The notes under the pieces: generated by a model
What the model saw: the letters and a program-made list of their open reading frames with translations, nothing else
What the model was told of the DNA's origin: nothing
Database searches by the model: none
In this document: positions 40,448 through 53,588 of the stretch, piece by piece
Numbering within the stretch: the stretch's first letter is position 1
How the letters are laid out: the number at the start of each line of letters is the position of its first letter
Source: Adineta vaga
Taxonomy: Eukaryota; Animalia; Rotifera
DNA: 64,000 nt
Direction: 5' to 3'
NCBI GenBank assembly: GCA_021613535.1
Contig: CP075492.1
Coordinates: 10,788,001-10,852,000 of the forward strand
Made by a program: the position numbers and the translations under genes

Positions 40448-40980
40448 CTAATGTAATTCATTGGATGCATGACTTGTTGAAGTTTGTCGATATAGAATAT
40501 CTCGAATCTCACGTAAGACTTTTACTTCATCAGTGACATTATTATCAGGATTACTTTCGATTGTATCTTTTTTTCGAAGTGCTATTCGATGTAATTGATT
40601 GATACCTTTAATAACGAAAAAGAGTGCAAATGCAACAATAAATAGAGAAAGAATAGTTTGAATGAATTTGCCATAACGAATGACCACAGGTGGTTCGTTT
40701 TTGTAGACGAAATTCTTCATCTGAATCGTTAAATTAACAAAATCAACACCACCTAGAAGAAGACCCAATGGAGGTGTAATAATATCATCGACAAGTGATT
40801 GAACTACATTAGTAAAAGCAGTACCAATAATAATACCAATAGCTAAGTCTAATACATTTCCACGAAGTGCAAATCTATTCAAATGAAAAAATATATATAT
40901 GAAAAGTCTAAATGAATAATAATTACGTACGCTTTAAATTCTTTACAAAAATTGAAACAACATTGACCGATTCCCGACAT
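40448..40980 (-). CDS. mscL: Large-conductance mechanosensitive channel MscL, copy 2 (exons 40980-40931 and 40874-40448)
   Basis: MSGIGQCCFNFCKEFKA/FALRGNVLDLAIGIIIGTAF..YGKFIQ..RKKD..EIRDIL. A 56-nt GT-AG intron sits at the same phase-2 position as in copy 1. Confidence 0.95.
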
Positions 40981-42043
40981 GTTAATCTGGAATAAGTCCA
41001 CATACAAATCAGAATGATGTAATTTTGCCTCTAGGATAATATTCGATCAGTAACCTTATCTCTATTATTCTTTCTTATATTATTCAATCAAATCGGTACT
41101 GCTGGAAGTCGAGGACCTAATTAATAATTCTACACATCTGATAATCATCGAAAGCTTTTAGATTTTTATTAGAATCTCACTTAAGAAAAAAAAAGAAAGA
41201 CTCGATTGAATGTTTATAATATTTATCTAAGTGATGCACGCCGTAATACTATCAATCATCAAATGATATTCCATAAGGAAGAGAAAAAAAGAAACATTCC
41301 TCTCAGTCTGTAACAATATGCATTCGAGCCATTTGCTATTCTTTTCTGTCTCGCTTAGATAATTGCATACTAACATATACAGATGAGTTATTTACTTGAA
41401 TATTACGTAGTATCGCACACTCCAGTGTGAAGAATTTGAACGAATAACATCCAACAGCATTGCCTAATTTGACTATGCTTGAAAGGTTCAATTATAATCA
41501 CTGATAATTGATACCAACAGTAATGTTCAGTTCGTACAAATGTTCCATTTTCGAAGTATAGGATTATTGAGAAGTTTCAATCAACCATCGATAGAGAAAA
41601 GAAAAAATATGATCTGATGCGTAAAAGTAAATATAATTTCACATTATAGATACACAACTATCAGGAAAAGTTTCACTCATGAGGTTAAATATTTATTTGA
41701 TAAATAATTTGTTATGGGCTACAATTTTCGTAAATTAAATGACATGTGTAATATTATTGACATAAGCAATTATTCCGAGATCTTGTTTTTCTATAAATAA
41801 TTATTCAGATGATTACAATTTTACTTATTGTAATAGTGTCAGATCATTCTATATCGAGCTAGTATTCGTTTTATTGAAAAAGTCTTTAGTTATCAAATTA
41901 TTTTAAATTGAAAGTTTTATTTTGCATCACAAATAAAGAAATGTGCCTAGAATTTATATGTCACCGGAATATGCATTTAGTCTTAGTTTATTAATATCTG
42001 ACAAATAGTAATCGAGCACAAAACAGAAATAAACATTGATAAA

Positions 42044-44054
42044 CTATCGTCGAAGGTGCTGATGTAAACTGAGCATTTGTGATGAAACCAATGGTTTCTA
42101 TAAAAAAAAATGAATTAATAAAACAAACATCATTTCAAAATATACTTGAGCATAGAAAGACGGTGGTTCTTGTGTTTTAAGCCGTTTTGCAACAGGTTCA
42201 TGATTTTCTTGCATGGTCTAAATATTAAATAATTATATTCAAATTCTAGCTAATTAGTTTTGCTTACAAGAAGATGTACATGTGAATGCTGTTCTTGTAC
42301 TACAATCATTTTATGAGCAGGAGCATGACAATTTTCTTGTGTGATTTGAATTGATGGTTCTTCAACAGGAAGAGGAGGTGGAGGGGGTTGAGCAACTGGT
42401 TGTTGTTGTTGTTGTTGTTGTTGTTGATCGTCTTCTTCAATAATAAATTCTCGTTTTCCATATGGAATCTCCATTCCATAGAAAGCGCTGAAAAGATATA
42501 TCGAAGAATAAACAAATCAATGTATAGATGTTAAACATACTCTTGATGTGGTAATGGTAGTTGTTTAAAGAAAGGATCACAGAGAGCTTGTTCTGCTGTT
42601 ATTCGTTTATTGGGATCGAATGTTAAGAAACGTTTCATTAGTTCTAAGGAAAAACTAGGATGTCCATTGGGAAAGACTTTCTTCATCCATTGTTCGATAC
42701 TACAATGACCGTAACTAAAAATAGGAATGATACGATTCAATAAATAGAGAATTCTTGTGAAAAAATCTTTACTGAATTGCTCGAAAACCTTCTTTACCCA
42801 TTCTTGGATAATCAGGCATTTGTTTCAAACCAGACCAATCATTGTCTAAAATAAGAATTGTCAATTGTTGAGAAAACAAATGACTTTTCTACGTTTCAAG
42901 ACTTACCAGATGGATAGCCAAGTACTTGAAAGATTTTTTCTAATGCATCACGATTGAATGGTGATGAAGCTTTAATATCATCTTGTTTACAATGAAATAA
43001 AGGTTCAAGTGTCAATAATTCGTAAAATATACATCCAATAGCCCAAAGATCTATTTACGACCAAGAAAAAAAAAACAAGTCCGATTTCAATAAAGATCGA
43101 CAGCAATCAGACCTATTGCTTTCGTATGATGATGACTACCAAGGAGAAGTTCTGGTGATCGATACCACAGTGTAACAACGACTGGATCAATTTTACTTAG
43201 AGGTACAAGTGGTGAAGTAAATAATCGTGCAAATCCCATATCTGCTATTTTTACTCGTCCACGTTCGGCACCATCACCCATTAATAGAATATTAGCTGGT
43301 TTCTAAAGATTGAAGGAAAAAAGAATTCAAAGAGATAAATAAAAATTGTTGAAATACGTACTAAATCTCGATGTAATACCCAATTGGAATGTAAATAATG
43401 AATACCCGCAAGAATCTGATAAAGAATAGATTTGATCATACCCGGTGCACTATTAACTGTTTTCTTAGAAGCTTTAGCTGCTCGATGATATTTTATAATA
43501 TGCTAAAATAAAAATATCGAATAAATCTTTCCTTTCATATCAATAATTAATCTCATAGATTTCTTTCGTACCCAAAGATCATGTTCAGCAAAATCAAATA
43601 ATAATGAAACTCGACGATCGACATGCGATAAAAATACACGTTGCAAATTGATAAGATTAATATGATTAAGTTCTCGAAGTAACTACAAGTAAAAGCATAT
43701 AATTAACTTCATGAGAAATATTCGAAATAATTTTACAGCGATTTCTCTTATGGCACTATTCGACATCGATTGTCCAGTTGCTAGAAGAAAATATCGTATC
43801 ACATTTCATGATGACAAAAAATATTACCATCGATTTGTTTCAATGCATAGTCCGTTGTATCAGTTCTATTCATATAGATCAAAAAAGCATGAGATTACGT
43901 ATGAAGACAAATTATGAAAATCGAACCCGTCTTTTCGTTTTGCTTTAAAAACTTTTCCGTAAGTTCCACGACCAATCATCCGACCCTGAAAAGCGAACAT
44001 TTCTTCAACTGAACGCCGAATGTGATCCTGTTGTGTTCGAAATTCAAAATCCAT
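42044..44054 (-). CDS. CDK8: Cyclin-dependent kinase 8 (Mediator kinase), divergent, with a polyQ tail
   Basis: MDFEF.., [46 protein letters not shown] (CDK8-specific DMG) and DPVVVT. Confidence 0.92.
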
Positions 44055-44255
44055 CGTCTTTCTAGCATTAAGTCCTCATTGAAATTGAAATCTTATCTCT
44101 AAAAATTAAGATATTATCTTGTTTCAATTGATTTCAAGTTAACTTTTCATCAAATAAATTGTCGTATTTTATATTTACAATGAAATCAATTGACTGACTG
44201 ACTAATAATAACAGGAACAGACAGACACATCACACACATAACAATTGAGAAGCAT

Positions 44256-44299
44256 TTATCCAATGAAAAATAGCTTGTCAGATATTTTTCATTGGATAA
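44256..44299. repeat. Perfect 17-bp inverted repeat with a 10-nt spacer; each arm has a CCAAT box
   Basis: TTATCCAATGAAAAATA (44256-44272) and TATTTTTCATTGGATAA (44283-44299), about 200 bp upstream of the CDK8 start codon. Confidence 0.85.
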
Positions 44300-45377
44300 T
44301 GATTCCAACAATAAAAAGAGACTATATATTAATTTAATGAAAATTAATGAACATTAAATGAATTCCATAATGAATAATTCATGTTTTCTTTAACTAAAGT
44401 CTATTCTTAAACAAAAGTACTAAATTGTATCCTTCGATTGTCTCTATGCAAACGCATGTCCATGCGATATTACCTGTTCAGATAGGATCCATAATAAAAG
44501 AGAAATATGACGAAAATAGTATACTAATCTTTTTCCTAGAAATTCAGATTAATAATCGTAAAGAATTGTAATTACATGATAATCGATTCTAAATAATAAT
44601 GATAAAAGAGAAAGTGATTATTAGTTTCAACTTCTTACATCCATACTCTTCATTTAAGAAGCAACATTATCAATACTGGTATCGTCTCAACTTCGTGCGC
44701 AAACTGCAAGTGTTAGGCGATGAAATGATACTGTTTTCAAGAAGGAAAAGTAGTTGCTGATGATCAGACAATACATCCATTTGAACACATATCAATGATC
44801 AAAAATATTCATATATATGAGTTTTGATAGTCTTACTCTCCATTCTGTTGAAAGTGCCACTGAATATTATAGTCTATTCCATGAAATTAGAGAGAAGAAA
44901 TCAATCGAATGCGGATCAACGAGTTCGTTTATGTCGTTAATCCGATTAGTTAATACTAAACAGGTCGTCCTATTGCTAGTGTGCACACTCAAATCTACTA
45001 ACCAAATAATAAGTTTCTATGCATCAAATCATGGAGCCATTCGAAAGTCTTTTCCTCTATTTAATGACCGTAATATTTCTTTACCTTTTTGAATCTAACA
45101 ATAGTTCATTATGTCAATAGAGCAAAATAATAAGAGTAAAGAATTGCATAATATTTAACTTCTATTATACATGTAAATTTGACTAAATGATGGCATTTAG
45201 TTTGTACTATACGTTTTCTTTAAGGAAAATGATCTCTTTTTGATTCGTTCGAAAATGAATTGATTCTTTAGATCGAAATCATTTTATCCTTGAAAAAAAA
45301 CCTTTAATCTATGTTTCACTTTAAGCAACATACATTTAAACACACAAAGAAAACAAAAGAACATTGATTTTCGAATA

Positions 45378-46502
45378 TTAAGACGATAATAACAGAGTAT
45401 TTCGTTGAATTTGTTCAATCACATTCCATAATTTCAAAGCTTTACCAATTTTCAATGTCGATTTATGAAAAACTTCTTCACGTTTAAGTTCATATAATTT
45501 ATCACCATTAATATCATATTGATTTAAAAGTATTGATGCATATTCATAACCTTGTTGATGAAAAAATTCAATTAGATCGTTTGTTGTCCATTGATGTACA
45601 TCGGGAATATCACCACGTAAACCAAGTAATTGTTCAATTGTGACTGGAGGTAGATTATTATTGGTTAATAGAGGCTGTCGAAAAACGTGTTCGCTAGATT
45701 CGGATGTTTTCATAAGACGAGATTTTTTCACTTTATTTGGATATGTTTGACTACGAGTACGTTTCTTATTGTTCGTATCAAGATTATTCTCTTTAGTCAT
45801 TTGTGGTGAAGATTCTAAACATGTGTATAGATACGTAGATCATCAATTATTGACTAAGTAAATAAATTTACCTGATATGAAAACAGCAAATTCTGGTGAT
45901 GGCGTTTCACGTTTACAATGATGATAAGTTTCATCGGAATTTAACATCGATTGTTCTGCAAGAGCTGTCGCCGCCGCTGCCATGGCTTCTTGTGGATTTA
46001 TTGGTATTGCTGTTGGCGTTTTTTGATTATAACAAATATTCATATTTTCAATTAGTTTCGCATATTTGTCATTTTTAATTCGAATAGTAAAACCACCTTT
46101 ATGAAAAACTTTGGTGATAAGTCCATATTTTAATAGATCATCAAGTATAGAAAGAATTTCGTCTCGTTGATCGGACATATTCGTTGCTGTATAACGTTTA
46201 GCAACATATTTTAATATACGTTCGAAGTCTGGTCGACATTTTCGTCGTTTAATTTCATCGATTGCTTGGAAAACTGGGCGAAAACGTGCATCAGTTAAAA
46301 TATTAAGTAAATCACATGATGTTACTGTTGAATTCGTATCATTCGGAGTTGTAATCGAATAGGAAGAAGAAGCCGTTGAAGAACATGACGATGAATCGTT
46401 TACATCAGAAAGTGAAGGAGGAGGGGTCGGTAAATTTCTTTTTCGAGCAAATGAAGGAGATAATGATGTTCCACTTATTGTTGTCATCGGTGTGAGGATC
46501 AT
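45378..46502 (-). CDS. SAMD1: SAMD1 (atherin)-like protein: CpG-binding winged helix plus C-terminal SAM domain
   Basis: AIDEIKRRKCRPDFERI matches the SAMD1/KAT6 winged-helix signature (RKARPDLERI). SAM domain WTTNDLIEFF..DINGDKL..LKIGKALKL. Upstream exons are possible. Confidence 0.8.
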
Positions 46503-46768
46503 CTGGAAAAAAAGTTTTTCGACTACAATATAATGTAAAAAGAAAGACAGAGAGAAGGAGAAACGCACACGCGCGCGCCTGTTGTTGTTTTTTTTTCTTG
46601 TGTCGTCGGCGTCTTGCTAGAGGAGAGACACAATCATTATGGTTCTTTTCTCTCTCTCTCTCCCTCTCTTTCCTCGTATGTAATGTAATGATGGATGATC
46701 ACATTGCGTTGTGTGTACGTCTACAGAAAGAGAAGGAGCGGGAGAACACATTCTCTTTTTTAGGATAG

Positions 46769-46790
46769 AACGCTTCGCGCGCGAAGCGTT
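46769..46790. repeat. Perfect 22-bp CpG-rich palindrome AACGCTTCGCGCGCGAAGCGTT
   Basis: Checked by hand: the sequence equals its own reverse complement. Confidence 0.95.
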
Positions 46791-49700
46791 TACTTACTTG
46801 AGAAAGAGAGAACGAGCGAAAGAGAATAATTATGCGACGACGAATGTTCAATCGAGGTCAAAAATAGAGAGACACAGAGAAAGAGAAAAGTCTCTTCTTG
46901 TATCTTTTTTTTTCGTTGTATATACGTACATATCTCATGTAAAACGAAAAAAGAGAAGAGAATGAAAAGGAGAAAAAACCTTCTGATATCGGTATAAAAA
47001 GAGAGAGAAAAGAGAGAAAAACAACAACAACAACAATAAAGAGATGTGCGATTTCTCGTTTCGAAAATAAACAAAGGAAAGAACATCAGACTAAACTAGC
47101 GCCATCCATACTAAATCTTTGACTATATTTTTCTATGTGCATATAATATAATATAATATAAGGCAAAGAAGAACGAACAAACGAACGAACGAAAGATAAG
47201 CATAGAGTGTCTGAATAGATCTGTCTTCGCTCGTTTTTCTTGCTCCTATTTGTTTCATACGATTCATTTTTTACGAAATAAAATGTTCAATACGTCATTA
47301 ACACTGATACATTCTCAAAAAGAAAAATTCTAAGATAAAACGTAGATGATGAGAGGAAGACGCGATATATGAGGATGGTGGTAGTAGTTAGTAGCAGTCT
47401 AGTATTGAGTAGAGGGAGAGGGAGAGGGAGAGAGAGAAGCAGCAAAGACGCGCGAACGAGCAAGTAAGCAAGCAATGCTTGTGTGTGTGTGTGTGCGCGC
47501 TCTCTCTCTCTCTCGTTTCTTGTAGGAGAAAATAAAAGAGAGGACACATACACGCACATATTGAAGCAAACGAGCGAGCAAAAGAAACGGAGAGAACAAG
47601 AGAGATGCGACGAAAAAGCAAAAGGTTTTTTTTCGGTTGTTAATAAATAGAAATCATAAGAAAGTACAACAGACTACACGTGTATACACTTCCTTTTGTT
47701 TGTTTCTATCTCATTATGGATGATATTAAATAGTTAGATTTCAATAATATGAAAAAAAAAGTTTTCCTCTAGTCTTACAATTATTATGCAGGGAGATTTC
47801 GAGAGAGAAGTATTAGTATTCTGATTTTCACCTACATGTTCTGTGTACCAGTAATGTCAATACACACCTTCACTTTTTTTTCTATTTCGTCAACAACAAA
47901 AAAAACATATATGATAACGTTTGATGATGTGCATCTTGTTGACATTTCTCGTAACTTTTCGATATTAGAGAATCTATTTGAAATGAAATGATCAATACCG
48001 AAAAGAGAAAATGACTTATCTATTTGTCATAATCATCAACTGAATCAAAAGCTCAAGAACGAATGCTTTTCTTGTTTTATTTTGTTTTTTTCAAACAGAA
48101 AAACTTAAGAGTACGGAATGGTTATACGAGATGTGACGTACTTTTACATACACTGAATATGGCAAAAAAAGAAAGAGGGAGAGAGAGAGAATCGAATAGA
48201 AGATGCAAGAGAACAGGAAGGCAGTTCATATATTGTGTATGGCAAACATTAGTAGTTTTTTCTTATCTCAATGTGCAAATGTACGATGCAGTTAACATAT
48301 TCATATATTGAAAAGTTGTATTGAGCTCATCTGGATTTTTAATCCATTGATCTTTTTTTTTATGTCATCTCACAATAAATAATTTATTCCAAAAGACAAA
48401 TTCTTACAACTGTATTTTTAGGAGATATCTTTATGTCAAATACGATCAAGATATCTCTTCTGTGTCTCACTCTTTCTCTCTTATCCTATCTATGTTCTAA
48501 GTTGCAGAAGAGAGGAAAAAAAAGACGAACAAAAAAGAAATGAGAAATGCGAACACATGAAGCAACACGAGTTAGATAATGCACCTTTCTTTTTTCTGCG
48601 CTCACATTTTACATCTATCATATCAAAAAAACAAATCTGTAATATACATAAGTATTCTTTCGATTTTTATTTCTTTAAAAATTTTCTTAAATTGGAATCA
48701 ATCGGTAGAGAAATCTGTGTTGACTTTGAAGTGTAGAGAACAATGGCTACTACTTTTTGTTATCGATGCCTTTATATTGTTGCTATCCGAGTGCTTCCAA
48801 AAGCAGTGAGCGCACGAAGCAGGCAAGGACAAGAACAGCGGTAGAAAGAGAATGGAGCAAGCAGAAAAAAGAGAAGAACAAGCGAAAACATCGAACCAAC
48901 CAGCGAGGTTTACATGCCGACGCGTTAGGCAGTTCGGCCATCATCATATACTAAAAGGATGTAGAAGGATCGTGCGTGCTTATATAGACTTCCCAAATAC
49001 TTAACACTCAGTTTTTTTATACAGACACGCGTGTTATATAACAAATCTTTAAAAGATCAAGCTTATTTTCATGTAACGAGATATATTAACAAAAGATCTC
49101 TAGAAAAGAAATAAATATTTTGAAAATAATAAGAATTAAAAACATCAGCGTCTGTTTAGTCAACGTATTGCTATAAGATATTAGTAATTGTAGTGTAATT
49201 TAAATTGAACATCAAGTATCTATATACGTTCTTAAGTAAGAAAGTACATGTACTTACAAAGAAAACATGTCCAACTCAAGATACTACAGATATTAATATT
49301 CCCATATTTCATGCTTTACGAATTGAAGAAGAGAAAGTAGTGTCTCCATTGATCATTGTAGTTTCTTTGAAAAAGGTCACCATCCAGACCAATAAATCTT
49401 ACTTGTCTTTTTTCTTTAATAAGGTTGGAATAAATGTCGACATTTCTAGTAATAATTATTTAATACAATGATGTACACGAACGATTGTTATAAATCAATA
49501 TATAAACATCGGATCACTTTTTTTTATCAAGTTTTTCGTAAAATCATACATACTTATAAGACATTTCGAAGGTCCATACGACAATCATGATTTACAATTA
49601 AACAAAGATCAATATGAGTTTTAGTACAATTCTTAAATCTTTTGTTTTTTCAGTTAAATATTTATATACTGTTACTTTATCGTTGTTTAAAAATCAAATA

Positions 49701-50000
49701 TCAAAAAAAGCTTATAAACAGTAAGGTAGAAGCAAAGAAGGAAAGAAAGAAAACAAAAGAAAAGATGGTTTGCAAAAAAATAGAAATCTAATACAATCAA
49801 TAATCATTCAATCTTAAATCTATGTTGATTTAATATTTGATGCACAATGAATGCGATATTGTATCACACATAAGGGAACAAATACACAAATATTGACAAA
49901 TCGATTTTCTCTTTTGTTTATCTGAAAAAGTGAACTGATCGAAGAAGAAGAAGAAGAAGATAAAAAAAAGGTAGTATAGAAAAACCCCGAAAAAATGATA

Positions 50001-51088
50001 TTAATATTCAAAAGCTTGCTGTTGTGTTGTATCATGTTGCAATAAAGAGTATGGTTGGGAAATGTTTGATTCATATTGCCATGATCTACGTGATTTAGAA
50101 TCAATAATAGAAGATGAATTATGTGGATGATTAGAATGAGATGTTTGTTGATCACGAATGATAGTGTGAAATTCTCGTGGAACTTCCCATTCGATATCAT
50201 TCAATTCGCTAACACTAGCAAATCTCATTCGATGAAGCGCTGATGATAGAATAGGTGGAGATGAAAAAATTCTTTTATCTTTGGAATTCATAGGCCGATC
50301 CGTATTGATTTTAACGGATATATAGGGTGAATCATCGTATTTTGATGATGTTCGACTACGGGATGGAGATGTATTTGTTCCAGTTTTAAGAATTGATTTT
50401 GGTATTGTATGAGAATATGGAAGACCATTAAATTCAGTAGATGTATCTATTCGCTGTGTTTGAGGAAGAAGAAGTTCAGGACGTCGAAGTGGTTGAAATC
50501 GAAAGTTTTCAAAATCATTCTTTTCATCCGATAAATCATCTCGAAATGAACGAATATCAAGAATAGCTGCTGGACGAGCATGTGTATAATTATAATCCTT
50601 CATTGGATGAGTATGAATTTCATAATCAGCTGGTAATAATTGTGTAGTTTTAATTATATTTGGTTGAAGTTCAATCCAATTTTGTGATTGAATTTGTCGA
50701 ATACGTTCTGGATCATTACCATCTGAAGAAAAAGCCGTATTTTGAAAACCATCGCTATAGCTAACAACTGGTTTATGTCGACGAAGTGTACCGACAAGGG
50801 CTAATTCATCGGCATGCGGTGGACGAAGGATAGTCGATTGAAATTTTGATTGAGTACCTGTTGGAACATCTTGCAGGTATTCATATTCTTCTCGCTAGAA
50901 ACAAGAAAAGAAAAGTTGTAAAGAAAACAACAATCATTGAAACAAGAGATTTCATTTACTTTAACATAGAATTTCTTTGGTCTGATACGATTAAAACAAC
51001 ATCGACATAGACAGATGATAATTAAAATTTCAAATAATAATATGGAACATATTGCCCATAAAGCCAGATTTGTTTCCAATGCGTTCAT
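50001..51088 (-). CDS. Single-pass membrane protein with a juxtamembrane Cys cluster and a Tyr-motif-rich disordered tail (2 exons)
   Basis: TM segment LALWAICSILLFEILIIIC followed by LCRCC. A phase-0 intron joins an open exon from REEYEYL to QQQAFEY. Confidence 0.7.
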
Positions 51089-53588
51089 CGTCTATCGACG
51101 AGATGAACAACAAGTAATCCCTAGAACAAATAACAAATCTATGTCGATTAAATGAAATACATTCAATTGAAATTTATGTTAATGATGTAATTCATTTTTC
51201 AATGGATATCTTTCGATTTTAATCAGTAATGAACGTGTATATTCATGCTCATCAAGTTTTAAGAAATTCTATGAAGAGATATGTTTTTTGTATGATTGAA
51301 AAATGAATAGGCGGGTTCAAGGAGATTCTCTCATCGAAAGAAGAAGAAGAAGAAAAAAACGAAAAGAATAATATGAGATGAAGATCTGTTTTCGATTTGT
51401 ACTTGAAAAGAAGAAAGAAAAACACATTGTTCTAATTGTTTTTCTTACTGATATCTTGTTCGTGTCTAATCCATGATTACAATCACTTCAACTATTCCTA
51501 TTCAAAGCGTCCTGTTTCTCCATATATATGAATATATTGTTATTTTTTCTTGAAGATATTAAGTACAGTGAGAAATATTCTTGTTTAGTTACTCATCGAA
51601 GTAGTAGTATTTTTCTACGTCTTCAATAATGATAAAATATGAGACAAACGAAGAAACCTTTGAAGTCTAGTTAAATGAAAAAAAGATGAAGAAGAAATGG
51701 ACTTGCTTCCTTCTTTTATGCAAACTTTTCTTTTTATTCTTACTTACTTACCTATGCAGAACTGACGTGAATACATAGGAAGTAAACCTCATGAAATATT
51801 GCCAAGGAAAAAAACCACATATTTCCTGTCTGTTGTCATATTCATTATTATATAAAACAAATCTCTCGTGTTCAAATTCTTTCCTACTCTATAAAATACT
51901 CACATGAATTGATTGCATTAACAAACGGTACATTGAAAATGATAAGAAATCAAATGAAATAAGATAAATTTATATGCCATACAACAGTAAACTAACTTTC
52001 TTTTTTAACACTGTTGTGCTGCTGACGCATATCATTTACTTAGAACCAATGGTAAATTTTAACATATATCTAACAAGAATGAATGAACCAACATACGAAT
52101 ATCAATAAAAGTAAGGCACATCAATAGGTGACTAAAAGAGTTAAGAGAGAGAAAGAAAGAATTATAAGAATAAAGAAATGCGACGTCTTCGTTGTTCTCC
52201 TTCAATACTCGTGCGTATAGAATGGTTCAAATTTTACAGTGATGAACGAGCCAGTCAGGTACAGTTACTTCACTCAAGAAAAGAACATTAACATTAACAT
52301 CGAAAAGAACGAATCATTTGTCCAATGATTAACACTGAATATAGTAAGAGACGTTAAGAGAATGAGAAAAAAATGATGACGATCAAAAAAAAAAGTTAAG
52401 ACGATGATGAAGAAAATAATTTCTCAATCATTTTAATTTTTTACAATACACTTATCAAAACGGCTTTTTCTTCTCTTCTCTATTCGTGCATATAAATGTT
52501 CTTCAATTATGAGCACACTATGTTGTCTTCGATTTTGGCCAAAAAATGTGAATAGCAAATTAAGTTGTTATAATATAGAGATTGATAGTCACCTGAATCT
52601 ATCTAGTTCCGTATTTTTATTTCGTCTTTGAATTAAGTAGGTGTCACTGAATCAAAGGAGGAAAAAAGAAGGGAAAGAAATTTTCGTCTACACCTCATTT
52701 TCAAGGCTATTTCTTGGTTTGATGGATTCTTTCATGTGTGTTCTGAACCAATACTAATTTCAATGATCTTTTGTTCGAATGGTGATCAATTGACCTGTTT
52801 ATTGTATAAATTCAATTCCATCATCCCGTTCTTCTGTTTCTTACTCCCTCTCTCTGTCTCTCTCTGCCTTACTAAAATTGACCGTTTTTCTGCCTACTAG
52901 TTTGTGCTTTTAAGAATGAGACACTAACGAACATATTGCATTCTCTTTCGTCCACCTCTTTGCCGTCTCAAGACAAAAAATTAACGTCTTGTTAATCGAT
53001 CGCGCACTACTATATGCTCAATATATACGTGTCTGATTCGTAATTAGAAGGAGAGGTAAAGAAGGATAAGAATATGCGTACATTAGGTCAAACACTTGCA
53101 TATTCGTTCAATCTAATAGACTTTACACAAATGTAAAGTATTGACATTTCAATAGACTTGATGATAACATATCTGTCGTGTTCACATACATCTAATACGT
53201 TATATTTTGATTGAAAATGAAAGGAATTATATACTGATGATATTGTGTTTATCTTTTTACAACCAAAATGTCAATACGTTTGTTCTATTTACAAGATGAT
53301 CGAAAATTTCAAGCCTTTATTTTCATTTTAATAACAATAGTATGAATGAATGATTAGTATAGTAAAATCACTATTTTCCGTTGAATACCAGTAGCGCTAT
53401 TTATTGATTGGTTTTTCTTTTCAAAATGTGAAACGTCATCCACCATCCGTAGGTTCACGATAAAAACGAACGGAGGCCGAATGAAATGATATTTTTCATC
53501 GAAAAAGACAAATAACTTTACTATTATTATCAGGAGTATATCTACTTTAGATTTGTTTGTAAAACAGTGTAGTTGAAGTGTTTCGATC

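Noticed and set aside
39415-40980. Bacterial contamination as the source of mscL
   Set aside because: Both copies have spliceosomal introns and host-like composition, and they are contiguous with metazoan genes.
44660-45092. Coding-looking fragments between CDK8 and SAMD1
   Set aside because: No recognisable family or splice structure, and stops interrupt the minus-strand frames I read.
46711-49471. Several 60-100 aa ORFs
   Set aside because: Derived from GA/CT/GT microsatellites; no domain or splice support.
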